The notes beneath the pieces were generated by a model. The model saw only the letters and a program-made list of their open reading frames with translations, did no database searches and was not told the DNA's origin. Of a stretch of DNA of 64,000 nucleotides, positions 40,042 through 49,566 are shown one piece after another (position 1 is the first letter of the stretch; each line of letters begins with the position of its first letter). The translations under genes and the position numbers were made by a program. Source of the DNA: Spirochaetales bacterium (GTDB lineage: Bacteria > Spirochaetota > Spirochaetia > Treponematales > UBA12059); the NCBI GenBank assembly GCA_016928955.1, contig JAFGJV010000037.1, positions 1 to 64,000 of the forward strand. Direction: 5' to 3'.

Positions 40042-40248
40042 ACACTCTCCTTCGATATGCCCAGTGGGCTGTGCGCGATACTATAGTGTCGTATGGATAA
40101 AAAACTATGATTTTCACAATATGGTGTGTATCCCTGGGACATGGACACCCTATACGCCGGGGGATAAGCCTGTGTCGAGATACCGACTCGCGAATGGAAC
40201 CACAGCGCCGCTACCTGGCGCGGAGGGAGAGCGGATGGGCGTGAATAC

Positions 40249-40276
40249 AAAAACCGCCGGCACTACGGCCGGCGGT
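40249..40276 (-). terminator. Intrinsic terminator of the V-ATPase operon
   Basis: ACCGCCGGC/GCCGGCGGT stem plus T-tract on the minus strand. Confidence 0.8.
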
Positions 40277-40298
40277 CATCAAGGCTCGAGCTTTTATC

Positions 40299-40721
40299 TT
40301 ACAGGGCGCCAAACATGAAGGCCATGACAAAGAGCGCCACGGTTTCACAGATGCCCACCACGGTGATGTACTGGGCAAAACCTTTGCCGGTTTCACCGTA
40401 GGCGTCACAACCGGACGCGGCTGCCTTTCCCTGGGCTATGGCGGACAACGCGATGGCCAGGCCGCCTATGATACCTGAGGCAAACAGCAGAGAACCGTCT
40501 TTTGTGGAGTTCATCATGGTGCCCATAAGGATATTGCCGTAGATGGTCTGTGTCAGCGGCGCGCCGGCAAACGCGACCAGGAGGAAGGGCGCCGGCTTGT
40601 TGGCCATGTACGCGCGCTTCCACGCGCCAATGGCTGCCTGCCCCGCAATGCCCGCGCCAATGGCCGAGCCGATTGCGGAAATGCCCAGAATGGCGGCTAC
40701 GCCAATCATTCCGATATTCAT
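40299..40721 (-). CDS. atpK: V/A-type ATP synthase subunit K (4-TM proteolipid)
   Basis: PLTQTIYG, IAQGK, ICETVALF. Confidence 0.93.
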   Translation of the reverse strand: MNIGMIGVAAILGISAIGSAIGAGIAGQAAIGAWKRAYMANKPAPFLLVAFAGAPLTQTIYGNILMGTMMNSTKDGSLLFASGIIGGLAIALSAIAQGKAAASGCDAYGETGKGFAQYITVVGICETVALFVMAFMFGAL

Positions 40722-40735
40722 AGTAGCTCCTTCCT

Positions 40736-42562
40736 TTACGCCGAAGTCTTTTCTCCGGCCGTATCCTTGAACGGTTGGTATTGATAGCCGGACCACTCCA
40801 TCCCCATGTGGCCGGAGAATTCCAGTAGGTTGAGGCGCATGCCGTGCACCACCACCGATAGGGCTCCCATGACAAGATTAAGGCCGTGGCCTATGAACAA
40901 GATCAACACGCCAAACACCAAAGCCAAGGGTATGCGCATCAAAGGGGACGCCATGCCGTTCACTGTCTGGGATATTGCCACGCCGGCAAGGCCTACCGCC
41001 CAGAGCCGTATGTAAGACACAATGTCGGCAAAGAAACTCACGGTTCCCAAGAATATGGAGATGATGTTCTTGAGGCTGTCTAGGATGGACTGGATTGGCC
41101 CCGTCTCCCAGCTGCCGAAGATGAACGACAAGCTGAAGCCTATGCCGATCATGTAGAGGCTCCAGGCGGGTATGGGGAACTTGGCGGCGCTTACAACCAA
41201 ATTCAGCACAAGGTAATACATGCCCACAACCAGCATGAGCGAGCCCACCTGCCCAATGAACTTTGGCTTGGGGAAATCGCGCAGGATGTTCTTGATGTGC
41301 GCGATAGCCAGATGAACGCCGCCTAGGATGAAGCAGAGGACTTTTATGTTGTCCGTTGAGTCCGGGTTCCACATGGCGATGGGCTCAAGCGCCAAATCAG
41401 CCAGGAAAGACGGCAACGCGTCTTTGGTCAAGCCGAACCAGCTTCCAGAAGCGCCGCCCCATAGCACGGTAAGCGACGACAGGAAGAGGAACAACTTAAG
41501 GCCATCTGGCACCCTGCCCTTTTTCAGCTTGGAACGAAGGGCGAAAACCCCAACGAGCCCGAGCATGAGTGACCCGTAGCCAGCGTCGCCGAAAATCATG
41601 GCAAAGAACAGGCCAAAAAACAGCAGGAACCACGCCGAGATGTCGTACTCGCGGTAGTTAGGCACGGTGCCCATGAAGTCGAATATTGGCTGAACGATGC
41701 GCACCAAGGCGTTGTTTTCTATCTTTGTTGGAGGCTGTTCCTCCTCCTTGGGCTCGTCAAGGATTATCGCCCAGCCGAATCTGGCGGCGTCCTTCTCCAG
41801 AGCGGGCGCTTCCTTGGCGGGGACCCAGCCTGAGTACCACAGCACACCACTCTCCGCGGGCGCGCCAGACCGATACGTCTCAAGCTGCAGGTCTCTGGAC
41901 AAGTCGTCCATCACTGCGCGCATGGCCGCTTGGTTCGGGGCGTACAAGGCTATGGCCTCTTTGTCAGCCTTTATGCCGCTTTTAATTGTGGCCAGCCGCT
42001 CCGAGAGCGTTGAGAGCGATGCTTCTGGCGGGCGGAATTCCAGGGCGTCCTGCGGCAGTTCCGCCTGAGGCTCTGCAAGGAGGGCTACGCGGGCCAGGCT
42101 TTTCACCCGTGAAAGGGTGATTACATCATGGGTCTCGCACAAGGCGGCCAGGTGCTTTATAGGTATGGTCGCAAGACGGAGAGACAGCCCGCCGGCCGCG
42201 AGCGAACGCAACGCGTCGGGGTCAAAATCGCCCCATGGCCGCACGCGCTCTATCTCTTGGCTCAAGGCGGCGGCTTTCTCGTAGCCCTGCTTGATATCTT
42301 CCTGCAGCTTCAGGATATGCTCCGCCAGGTCCAGCGCATCGCGCTGTCCCAGTTTTTCCTCGCCGGGTTGGGGGCCGTAGTCTGACAGTATGGCCAGGGC
42401 GGACTCCAGCTTGGAACACTCCTCCGCAAGGGCTTGCCAGGTCTCGCCGGTGCCGGACAAGGGTTCAAGGTGAACAAGGCCCAGGGAGCGCAGTTTCCTG
42501 GCGGCGTTACGACGTTCCTTCTCAGACATGAGAAGGAAAACCCGTTTCATTGGCGCGATCAT
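40736..42562 (-). CDS. atpI: V/A-type ATP synthase subunit I
   Basis: MIAPMK, PPTK, FFAMIFGDAGYG, SYIRLWAVGLA, HGMRLNLLEF. Confidence 0.95.
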   Translation of the reverse strand: MIAPMKRVFLLMSEKERRNAARKLRSLGLVHLEPLSGTGETWQALAEECSKLESALAILSDYGPQPGEEKLGQRDALDLAEHILKLQEDIKQGYEKAAALSQEIERVRPWGDFDPDALRSLAAGGLSLRLATIPIKHLAALCETHDVITLSRVKSLARVALLAEPQAELPQDALEFRPPEASLSTLSERLATIKSGIKADKEAIALYAPNQAAMRAVMDDLSRDLQLETYRSGAPAESGVLWYSGWVPAKEAPALEKDAARFGWAIILDEPKEEEQPPTKIENNALVRIVQPIFDFMGTVPNYREYDISAWFLLFFGLFFAMIFGDAGYGSLMLGLVGVFALRSKLKKGRVPDGLKLFLFLSSLTVLWGGASGSWFGLTKDALPSFLADLALEPIAMWNPDSTDNIKVLCFILGGVHLAIAHIKNILRDFPKPKFIGQVGSLMLVVGMYYLVLNLVVSAAKFPIPAWSLYMIGIGFSLSFIFGSWETGPIQSILDSLKNIISIFLGTVSFFADIVSYIRLWAVGLAGVAISQTVNGMASPLMRIPLALVFGVLILFIGHGLNLVMGALSVVVHGMRLNLLEFSGHMGMEWSGYQYQPFKDTAGEKTSA

Positions 42563-43176
42563 GAGGCAGCCCTTTCCGTCACCTTGCGCTTGGCTATCTT
42601 GCCGCGTACTACCTGGGCAGTCTGCTGGTCGCCCAGGTAAATGCGTATCTTGCGGATGTTCTCCGAGGTCTCGGGTATCTTGACCTTCTCGAACAGGTTG
42701 ACGCGCTGGGTTGTGATGCGCAGTTCCTCGGCCAGGCGCTTCACCTGCTCGTCCAGGACCTTGATCTCCAGGTCCAGCGAAAGCATCGCGCGCAGGCGAT
42801 CCAGCGCCCGGTCCACCCACAGGGGCTTTGTGAACAGGTCGTAGTCGTCAAGCGTGAACTCCGCGCCCACGAACACGGGTATGTCCACCCCCGCAATGTT
42901 GCCTGTGGACGTGCGGATGAGGCCATCCGATATGATCCAGCCGCCGTCGGCTCGCTTGATTGCTTCTTCCTCGCCGAACACGGCGATCCATGCCCGGAAC
43001 TCGTCCATGAGCCGGTCGCGCTCGGCCGCTATATCCCGCGCCCTGGCCTCAATGCCGCGAATTTCCATCTGGAGTTGCTGCTTCTTGAGCTGAAGCGTAG
43101 GGAGGTAGCGCTTGTACATCTTGAGCGCGTCCTTCTGCTTCTTAAGCTCGTTTTTGGTCAGCTTTATCTTGGCCAC
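42559..43176 (-). CDS. atpD: V/A-type ATP synthase subunit D
   Basis: LTKNELK..LPTLQLKK, TTQRVNLFEKVKIP. Confidence 0.95.
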   Translation of the reverse strand: MAKIKLTKNELKKQKDALKMYKRYLPTLQLKKQQLQMEIRGIEARARDIAAERDRLMDEFRAWIAVFGEEEAIKRADGGWIISDGLIRTSTGNIAGVDIPVFVGAEFTLDDYDLFTKPLWVDRALDRLRAMLSLDLEIKVLDEQVKRLAEELRITTQRVNLFEKVKIPETSENIRKIRIYLGDQQTAQVVRGKIAKRKVTERAAS

Positions 43177-43293
43177 TTATCTCACCTTCCAGGAAATCAG
43201 ACCACTGAGGCGCGGAGCCGCGGAGAAACTCGAGCAAAACGTTAGTATGAAGAAACGACATGCCATCGCCTTCTTCTGTGCTCTTGCCTTCAT
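43177..43293 (-). CDS. Possible 38-aa ORF between atpB and atpD
   Basis: GGAGG-4 nt-ATG; MKARAQKKAMACRFFILTFCSSFSAAPRLSGLISWKVR; TAA abuts the atpD GTG. Confidence 0.3.
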   Translation of the reverse strand: MKARAQKKAMACRFFILTFCSSFSAAPRLSGLISWKVR

Positions 43294-43323
43294 TATGCCT
43301 CCGTGTCTCCGTACCTCCGTGGT
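43201..43323. mobile_element. MITE/REP-like element with 25-bp imperfect terminal inverted repeats
   Basis: ACCACTGAGGCGCGGAGCCGCGGAG vs reverse complement ACCACGGAGGTACGGAGACACGGAG (20/25). Confidence 0.55.
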
Positions 43324-43335
43324 AGTCTTCGGCTC

Positions 43336-44634
43336 TCAGGCCTTCTTGGGCCAGAACTGATCCAGGAGCTTGGTCTGTAGGCCCGTTTCCTCGGGTTCAA
43401 AGCACTCGGCCAGGATTTCCCAGCCCTTGTCCAGGGCTTTTTCCAAGGGGATGTTGACCGACAGGTCCATCATCTGGCTCTCGAACAGCTCGCCGTACTT
43501 GAGGAGCTTCTTGTCCCACGCGCTCATCTGGAAGCCCATGGATTTCTTTTCCAGGGTGTCGCGGTACGCGGCGAACAGCTTGATCATGCCGTCCATGATG
43601 GCGCGGTGGTCGGCCCGGGTCTTGCCGTTGACCATCTGCTTGAGGCGGGACAGGGAGCCGAAGGGCTCTATGCGCCCGCCCTTGAGGTAGAACTGGCCTT
43701 CCGTTATGTAGCCCGTGTTGTCCGGCACCGGATGGGTCACGTCGTCGCCGGGCATAGTGGTCACGGCCAGGATGGTGATGGATCCGGAGTCGGAGAAGTC
43801 CACCGCCTTCTCGTAGCGGGATGCCAGCTGGCTGTACAGGTCGCCGGGGTAGCCGCGGTTGGACGGCACCTGCTCCTGCGTTATGGCGATTTCCTTGAGG
43901 GCGTCTGAGAAGTTGGTCATGTCCGTGAGGAGCACGAGCACGTTGAGGCCCTTGAGGGCAAAGCGCTCTGCCACGGCCAGCGATATGTCCGGCACCATGA
44001 GGCATTCCACCACGGGGTCTGCTGCCGTGTGCACGAACATGATGGTCTTGGCCAGCGACCCGCCCTCCTCCAAGGTGTCCTTGAAGTACAGGTAGTCGTC
44101 GTGCTTGAGGCCCATGCCGCCCAGGATGATGAGATCCACCTCGGCCTGCATGGCAATGCGCGCCAAAAGCTGGTTATACGGCTCGCCGGATACGGAGAAG
44201 ATGGGCAGCTTCTGGCTTTTCACCAAGGTGTTGAAGAGGTCGATCATCGGGATGCCCGTGCGTATCATCTCCCGCGGGATGATGCGGTTGACCGGATTGA
44301 CCGAGGGGCCGCCGATGGGTATGAGGTTCTCGCTCAAGACGGGGCCCCGGTCGCGCGGTTCGCCTGCGCCGTTGAATATGCGTCCCTTGAGCGCGTCCGA
44401 GAAGGACACGCGCATGGGATTGCCTAGGAAGCGGACCTCGTCGCCCGTGGATATGCCGCGGCCTCCGGCGAACACCTGCAGGGACACCAGGTCGCCGTCC
44501 AGGCGTATGACCTCTGCCAGGGATACCCCAAAGCGCGTGCTCACCTCGGCCAACTCGCCGTAGCTCACCCCATCCGCGCGCACGGCGATGACGTTGCCGG
44601 TGATCGATTCTATACGCGAATATACCTTCTTCAT
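43336..44634 (-). CDS. atpB: V/A-type ATP synthase subunit B
   Basis: [45 protein letters not shown]. Confidence 0.97.
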   Translation of the reverse strand: MKKVYSRIESITGNVIAVRADGVSYGELAEVSTRFGVSLAEVIRLDGDLVSLQVFAGGRGISTGDEVRFLGNPMRVSFSDALKGRIFNGAGEPRDRGPVLSENLIPIGGPSVNPVNRIIPREMIRTGIPMIDLFNTLVKSQKLPIFSVSGEPYNQLLARIAMQAEVDLIILGGMGLKHDDYLYFKDTLEEGGSLAKTIMFVHTAADPVVECLMVPDISLAVAERFALKGLNVLVLLTDMTNFSDALKEIAITQEQVPSNRGYPGDLYSQLASRYEKAVDFSDSGSITILAVTTMPGDDVTHPVPDNTGYITEGQFYLKGGRIEPFGSLSRLKQMVNGKTRADHRAIMDGMIKLFAAYRDTLEKKSMGFQMSAWDKKLLKYGELFESQMMDLSVNIPLEKALDKGWEILAECFEPEETGLQTKLLDQFWPKKA

Positions 44635-44638
44635 GGCG

Positions 44639-46408
44639 TCACTCCAGGCTCTCGAGGATGCGGACGGCCTTGGGATCCAGGCCGGTGGCCCGCGAGGCCA
44701 CAAAATCGGTCAGGCCTGAGTCGGCCTTCTTGTACGCGTCGCTGTCCCATTCGACGCTGTTCATGTCCAGGAAGGTCTGCCGCAGGCCGTTGAACCACGT
44801 GCGCGCGCTTTCCTTGTCCTTGAAGTCGAAGGACGAACCCAGCACCTTGATGGTCTTGGCGAACACGGCTTTCTGCCGCTGCGGCGACACGGACGCGTCC
44901 ACGGGGTCAAAGCTGTTCTGCTGGAGGTACACGGCGTCCAGGAACTCGCCCTTGAGGTACACCAGGAAGTCGTCCAGGCTGGTGCCTTCCTCGCCCACCA
45001 CCTTCATCATCTGGCCGACCTCGGAGCCGCGCTCCAGGAACCAGTGGGCCCAGGCCACGGAATCCTGCGACATGATGCCGCCGTACTTGGACCAGGAATC
45101 CAGCGGGTGTATGGCGGGGTACTTGCGGGCGTCAGAGCGCTCGCGCGACAGACCGTGGAAGGCACCCACCACCTTGAGCGTGGCCTGGGTGACCGGTTCC
45201 TCAAAGTTGCCGCCGGCGGGGCTCACGGTGCCGCCTATGGTCACCGAACCCTTGCCGCCGTCCCGCAGGCGCACGATGCCCGCGCGCTCGTAGAAGCTGG
45301 CGATGACTGACTCCAGGTAGGCAGGGAAGGCTTCCTCGCCGGGAATTTCCTCCAGGCGGCCGGACATCTCGCGCATGGCCTGGGCCCAGCGGCTGGTGGA
45401 GTCGGCCAGGAGGAGCACGTCCAGGCCCATCTGCCTATAATACTCAGCCATGGTCACGGCCGTGTACACCGACGCTTCGCGCGCGGCGACCGGCATGGAC
45501 GACGTGTTGCACACGATGATGGTACGTTCCATCAGCGACTTGCCCGTGCGCGGGTCCATCAGCTCGGGGAACTCCTTGAGCGTCTCCACAACCTCGCCGG
45601 CGCGCTCGCCGCAGGCCGCTATGATCACGATATCCACGTCCGCGTTGCGGCTGGTTACCTGCTGGAGCACGGTCTTGCCGGCGCCAAAGGGACCGGGGAT
45701 GCAGTATGTGCCGCCCTTGGCCACGGGAAAGAAGGTGTCTATGATGCGCGTCTTGGTGACCATGGGTTCCACGGGCTTCAGGCGCTCGGCGTAGCAGTCC
45801 ACGGCGCGCTTGACAGGCCACTCGAACATCATGGTTACCGCCGACTCGTGGCCATCCTCGTCGACCAAAATAGCCACCGTATCCGTTATCTTATAGGATC
45901 CTGCTGGCGCCAGGGACTTGACCGTATAGGAACCGAACAGGTTGAACGGCACCATGATACGGTGCGTGAACGAGCCTTCCGGCACCGTGCCCAGCTGGTC
46001 GCCTCGTTCCGCCGCGTCGCCGGGCTTGGCCGTCGGCGTCCACGCCCAGACGGCCCCGCGCGGGAGGGCGTCCAAGTACACGCCGGCTTCCAGGAAATTG
46101 CCCGTTTTGATGGCCACCTCCGGCAGGGGATTCTGGAGGCCGTCATATATCTTGCCCAGAAGTCCCGGCCCCAGCTCCACGGCGAGCATTTCGCCGGAGA
46201 ATTCCACCTGTGTGCCCACCTTGATGCCCTTGGTGATCTCGAACACCTGGGTCTGAACCGAGTCGCCGCGAACGCGGATCACCTCGGCCTTGAGGCGTTT
46301 GTCGCCAAGCACTATGAAAGCAACCTCGTTCATGGACACGGCGCCGTCCACTTTGACGGTGACCATGTTGCCGTTTACGCCCGTGACCGAGCCTTTTGTA
46401 GTCGTCAT
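44639..46408 (-). CDS. atpA: V/A-type ATP synthase subunit A
   Basis: [30 protein letters not shown]. Confidence 0.97.
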   Translation of the reverse strand: MTTTKGSVTGVNGNMVTVKVDGAVSMNEVAFIVLGDKRLKAEVIRVRGDSVQTQVFEITKGIKVGTQVEFSGEMLAVELGPGLLGKIYDGLQNPLPEVAIKTGNFLEAGVYLDALPRGAVWAWTPTAKPGDAAERGDQLGTVPEGSFTHRIMVPFNLFGSYTVKSLAPAGSYKITDTVAILVDEDGHESAVTMMFEWPVKRAVDCYAERLKPVEPMVTKTRIIDTFFPVAKGGTYCIPGPFGAGKTVLQQVTSRNADVDIVIIAACGERAGEVVETLKEFPELMDPRTGKSLMERTIIVCNTSSMPVAAREASVYTAVTMAEYYRQMGLDVLLLADSTSRWAQAMREMSGRLEEIPGEEAFPAYLESVIASFYERAGIVRLRDGGKGSVTIGGTVSPAGGNFEEPVTQATLKVVGAFHGLSRERSDARKYPAIHPLDSWSKYGGIMSQDSVAWAHWFLERGSEVGQMMKVVGEEGTSLDDFLVYLKGEFLDAVYLQQNSFDPVDASVSPQRQKAVFAKTIKVLGSSFDFKDKESARTWFNGLRQTFLDMNSVEWDSDAYKKADSGLTDFVASRATGLDPKAVRILESLE

Positions 46409-46986
46409 CGCTGTTCTCCGGATTCGTCGCGGTAGTCCGCGGAATCGAGCACGGACCGGTACACGGTCCCGTATCCAGCCTCGCCCGCCTGGGCCGTGAA
46501 ACGCGCGCGGCGTTCCTGGACCTGGAGGAGCAAGGCGTATGCCATGAGGTGATCCATGTCAAAATGGTGGTTAACGGCCAAGCTTTCGACGAAGGCCCAG
46601 CGTTCCCGCTCGATGGTGAGTTCGCCCTGGAGGGGATCGTCGGCCTGGAAGGCGGCCTGGGCGACCTTGGCGCCGTCCCACTCGGGTTCGCCCGGCCGCA
46701 CGTGCTTGTCCGCCGCCTTCTGCAAACGGTGGGCGCGCAGGCGGGCCAGCTCGTTCCTCATGGCCAGCTCCCAACGGTAGTAGCGTCCGAGCAGGCTGGT
46801 CGGCCCGGAGCTTACCGGAGCGGAGCCGTCCTCCGGGATGAAAAGCCTCGCGCCCTGGAGCTGGGCGTAATCCCCGGCTGACAGGAAACGCGACGCCCGG
46901 TCCAGGAATTCCTCCAGGCTGAAGGGCGGCGCGGAGTCATGCCTGAGCGATGGTAGCGTCGCGCAAAAATAATAGTAGCTTGACAT
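46405..46986 (-). CDS. DUF2764-type V-ATPase subunit C-like protein
   Basis: YYYFCATLP.L, RNELARLRA; position between E and A. Confidence 0.8.
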   Translation of the reverse strand: MSSYYYFCATLPSLRHDSAPPFSLEEFLDRASRFLSAGDYAQLQGARLFIPEDGSAPVSSGPTSLLGRYYRWELAMRNELARLRAHRLQKAADKHVRPGEPEWDGAKVAQAAFQADDPLQGELTIERERWAFVESLAVNHHFDMDHLMAYALLLQVQERRARFTAQAGEAGYGTVYRSVLDSADYRDESGEQR

Positions 46987-46993
46987 ACGGGCC

Positions 46994-47602
46994 TTATTTC
47001 AGCGCCGAGGACATGATGGCGGCCAAGCGCGTATTGAGGTAGGCCGACAGCATGTCCGCCACCGCGTCGGCGGAAAAATCGTAATACGCCGCCCCGTTTT
47101 TCTCCCCGATCCGGAAACCGGCCTTGGCGCCCTTGACGGGCTTGAGCTCCACGCCCGAGCGCAGTTTGTCTGACAGGCGGGAACGCAGCTGGGCTTCCAC
47201 CGGCGCCAGGTCGCTCTCCGGCAACAGGACGGACAGGTCGTCGCGGCCATCCTTGGCCCACTGCTCCACGATGGTCGGGATGATCCTGGCCAGGGCATCC
47301 GCCCCCATGGCCTTTTCCGTATCCGTCCTCACGATGGATGACAGGAGCTTGTCTATGTCGGCCCTGAAGGCCAGCACCAGGTCCCTTGACGCCTGCGCCA
47401 AGGCCGCCCGTCCGGCTTCCTCGGCGCGGGCCGCGTCAGCCTTGGCTGCGTCGACCAAGGCCTTGGCCTCGGCTTTGGCCGCGTCGACGATACCCTTGGC
47501 CTGGGCCTGGGCTTCAGCGCGGATCTTGCCTGCTTCGGCCTCGGCGCTCTCAAGGCCATCATGCTTGATCCTGTCCAAAAGTTCCTGCACTCGGATATCC
47601 AT
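46994..47602 (-). CDS. atpE: V/A-type ATP synthase subunit E
   Basis: QELLDRIKHDG, Ala/Glu-rich helix, GFRIG..YYDFS. Confidence 0.9.
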   Translation of the reverse strand: MDIRVQELLDRIKHDGLESAEAEAGKIRAEAQAQAKGIVDAAKAEAKALVDAAKADAARAEEAGRAALAQASRDLVLAFRADIDKLLSSIVRTDTEKAMGADALARIIPTIVEQWAKDGRDDLSVLLPESDLAPVEAQLRSRLSDKLRSGVELKPVKGAKAGFRIGEKNGAAYYDFSADAVADMLSAYLNTRLAAIMSSALK

Positions 47603-47623
47603 GGCTTCCTTCTTTCGAACGCG

Positions 47624-48001
47624 TTATGGGTTGCCGGACGTACCCTCGCCCGACGAGAGATAGCTGCGGATCTTGTCAATCTTCCTCTTGAGAAACAGAA
47701 CCACCGCTTCGGGCTCGCCAAGGCTTTGAACCACGTGCTGTTCCAGCCTCAGGAGCTCGGCCTCCAGCTCTGCGCTATCCTTATATATGGAAGTATCGAT
47801 TCCGTCAACGACCTTCATCATATTAGTAATAGAATCTCGTTCCCTGCGCAACAGAGCGTCGTTTTCCCGATACACATAGGCCGTTATTTCCCCCGCCTCA
47901 AAACGCTGGCGGAGGACATCGTCGATGAGCGTCAGGTCCTCAGACAGGTCCTGCAGTTCAGCTATGAGCAGGCGTATGAAATGACGAAGGTTTTCCGGCA
48001 T
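47624..48001 (-). CDS. Hypothetical helical protein heading the V-ATPase operon
   Basis: SD GGAGG; 125-aa ORF 21 nt upstream of atpE; TTGCCA-17 nt-AATACT upstream. Confidence 0.75.
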   Translation of the reverse strand: MPENLRHFIRLLIAELQDLSEDLTLIDDVLRQRFEAGEITAYVYRENDALLRRERDSITNMMKVVDGIDTSIYKDSAELEAELLRLEQHVVQSLGEPEAVVLFLKRKIDKIRSYLSSGEGTSGNP

Positions 48002-48103
48002 GTTAATCCTCCGTCAAAGTATTACGCCTTGACGCGGGCATGGCAAGCGGACGGGTGTTTTTGAATGGGCAGGGCGGCGGCAAGACAGGCTCAGCCGCAA
48101 TTC

Positions 48104-48133
48104 TTGACGCGGGAAGGCGTCCTGGTGTATGGT
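48104..48133 (+). promoter_or_regulatory. tRNA promoter
   Basis: TTGACG-18 nt-TATGGT upstream of tRNA-Gly. Confidence 0.55.
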
Positions 48134-48146
48134 GCGGTCGTTGCGC

Positions 48147-48218
48147 GCGCCAGTCGTATAACGGCTATTACCCTAGCCTTCCAAGCTAGAGACGAGGGTT
48201 CGACTCCCTTCTGGCGCT
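48147..48218 (+). tRNA. tRNA-Gly(TCC), CCA not encoded
   Basis: GCGCCAG/CTGGCGC acceptor stem, CTAGC-CT-TCC-AA-GCTAG anticodon arm, GTTCGAC T-loop. Confidence 0.95.
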
Positions 48219-48273
48219 TATCCCACCTAGCCGTGACACCGCAGACCAAACCACACGCTGGCGTTCCCGGAAG

Positions 48274-48306
48274 AAAAAAACGGGGGGAAGCGTCCGCCTC
48301 CCCCCG
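48274..48306 (-). terminator. Intrinsic terminator (minus strand)
   Basis: CGGGGGGA/TCCCCCCG stem followed by T7 on the minus strand. Confidence 0.8.
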
Positions 48307-48480
48307 AGCCTTTTAAAGGGCGCTAGCCCTCCGTATGGCAATCTTCATGTCACCTCCTTTCCGCCGCTTGCCACCGTTCGGGGAAACGGTTTTAGGCGAC
48401 GCGTTGGTATACGCCGGCACCTTATGTATCTCACGAACCGTCCCCTGATGGAAGGCTACTAGACGGTTCGATTCAAGCTT
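48274..48480 (-). ncRNA. Candidate structured RNA carrying an 11-codon ORF (48348..48313, MKIAIRRASAL)
   Basis: Several hairpins, AAAGGAGGTGA before ATG, own terminator, no long downstream ORF. Confidence 0.4.
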
Positions 48481-48484
48481 TCCT

Positions 48485-48804
48485 CAGTGTGCCGAAGCTT
48501 TGATGTCAGCGTATCGATGTCGACAAAGGGCGTGCTCGTTCAACAGCTCCGTATCCAGCCTTCTTTTCGTACCGCTCGGCCTTTCTGGTACCTTCAGGCT
48601 GTAGCAGATTTTTGAAAAGCATCGAGTTTTTTAAATATCCTGCTAGAGTCGCCTCACAATTCCTTAAATATCTCCAATATCCCACAGCCAACACTCAGTC
48701 CGCTACGCTATGGCCAGGAAATCGGACCACGAACCTTGTGAAGTACATAGAGGCTACTCCGAAAGGCCTAATGGACACGGCACATCAAAGCTTCGATACA
48801 CCGG
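48485..48804. mobile_element. MITE-like unit: repeat copies 3(-) and 4(+) as inverted termini around ~275 bp of AT-richer DNA
   Basis: GTGTGCCGAAGCTTTGATGT ... ACATCAAAGCTTCGATACAC. Confidence 0.6.
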
Positions 48805-48834
48805 GGAAAAGTCGAGTATACAGGCTCTTTCCGG

Positions 48835-48863
48835 TTTACACTCCGCGACCCGTACGCTATAGT
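48835..48863 (+). promoter_or_regulatory. Sigma70 promoter for the leader peptide/CD3324-family gene
   Basis: TTTACA-17 nt-TATAGT. Confidence 0.65.
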
Positions 48864-48959
48864 GGTCGATTATCCGGGCAGAGGGCCTGGTATGTATCCC
48901 GAGGAAGGGCGGATCCAGTGGTTCCGCGCCGTCCCAATCAACGCTCAAGGAGGCGTGCA

Positions 48960-49016
48960 ATGATAAACTACATCGATACCCGATTCGCCGTCCGATCCGC
49001 CATCGGAGCCGCTTGA
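48960..49016 (+). CDS. Putative 18-aa leader peptide MINYIDTRFAVRSAIGAA
   Basis: SD AAGGAGG 6 nt before ATG; lies in the long 5' leader of the next gene. Confidence 0.5.
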   Translation: MINYIDTRFAVRSAIGAA

Positions 49017-49138
49017 GCCGCGAAGGAACGATACGTAGCCGGTAGGGACCGGCGCGCAGGCGTCAGAGGACGCCATCCCTATCCTTCCTTTCCGCTCGGC
49101 CAGGCGGCTATCGCCCTGTCAACCGAGAGGATGCTTGT

Positions 49139-49489
49139 ATGTCATACATAAAGGGAGATGAGACGCTCCCGCCCGAACTACTCGCCGAGATCCAGAAATA
49201 CGTGCAGGGGGCGTTGGTGTATATCCCGAGGCCTCCCCAGGAACGTATGGCTTGGGGTCACAAGAACGGCGCCAGGATGCTTCTGGACCAGCGTGACGAC
49301 GCGATACGCCAGGCCAAATCTGCCGGCGTGTCCATCAACGACCTGGCCGACCAGTATGCCCTGTCAACGGACGCCATTCGCAAGATTCTGTACCGCCGCA
49401 GGTCCGGTGCCTGCCCGGCCCAGCTTGCTCAGGCATCCGAGGCTCACGACCTGGGAGCTTCCCTTGAAGCCCAGCCGGGCGCCGCGTGA
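49139..49489 (+). CDS. CD3324-family / Mor-like HTH protein
   Basis: LPPELLAEIQKYVQG.LVYIP, WG.KNG.R, GVSINDLADQYALS.DAIRKILY. Confidence 0.8.
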   Translation: MSYIKGDETLPPELLAEIQKYVQGALVYIPRPPQERMAWGHKNGARMLLDQRDDAIRQAKSAGVSINDLADQYALSTDAIRKILYRRRSGACPAQLAQASEAHDLGASLEAQPGAA

Positions 49490-49511
49490 GCCGCGCCAAC
49501 GCGGGTATCGT

Positions 49512-49550
49512 AACCGCCCCAGGGCAGCAGCCCCGGGGCGGTTTTTATTT
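49512..49550 (+). terminator. Intrinsic terminator
   Basis: AACCGCCCC/GGGGCGGTT stem + TTTTTATTT. Confidence 0.8.
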
Positions 49551-49566
49551 CCCCGGGCCGGGCCGT

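Noticed and set aside
48360..48425. c-di-GMP-I or Moco riboswitch
   Set aside because: Only a receptor-like stem is present; the GGCAAA..GAAA..ACGCAAAG stem and Moco P4 are absent
48470..48492. Hammerhead ribozyme core (CTGAGGA on the minus strand)
   Set aside because: Required GAAA and stems are missing (GAAT follows)
48506..48694. 62-aa ORF inside the MITE-like unit as a transposase remnant
   Set aside because: No SD and no DDE/HUH motif recognisable
48147..49560. Integrative island at tRNA-Gly
   Set aside because: No integrase and no duplicated tRNA 3' end found
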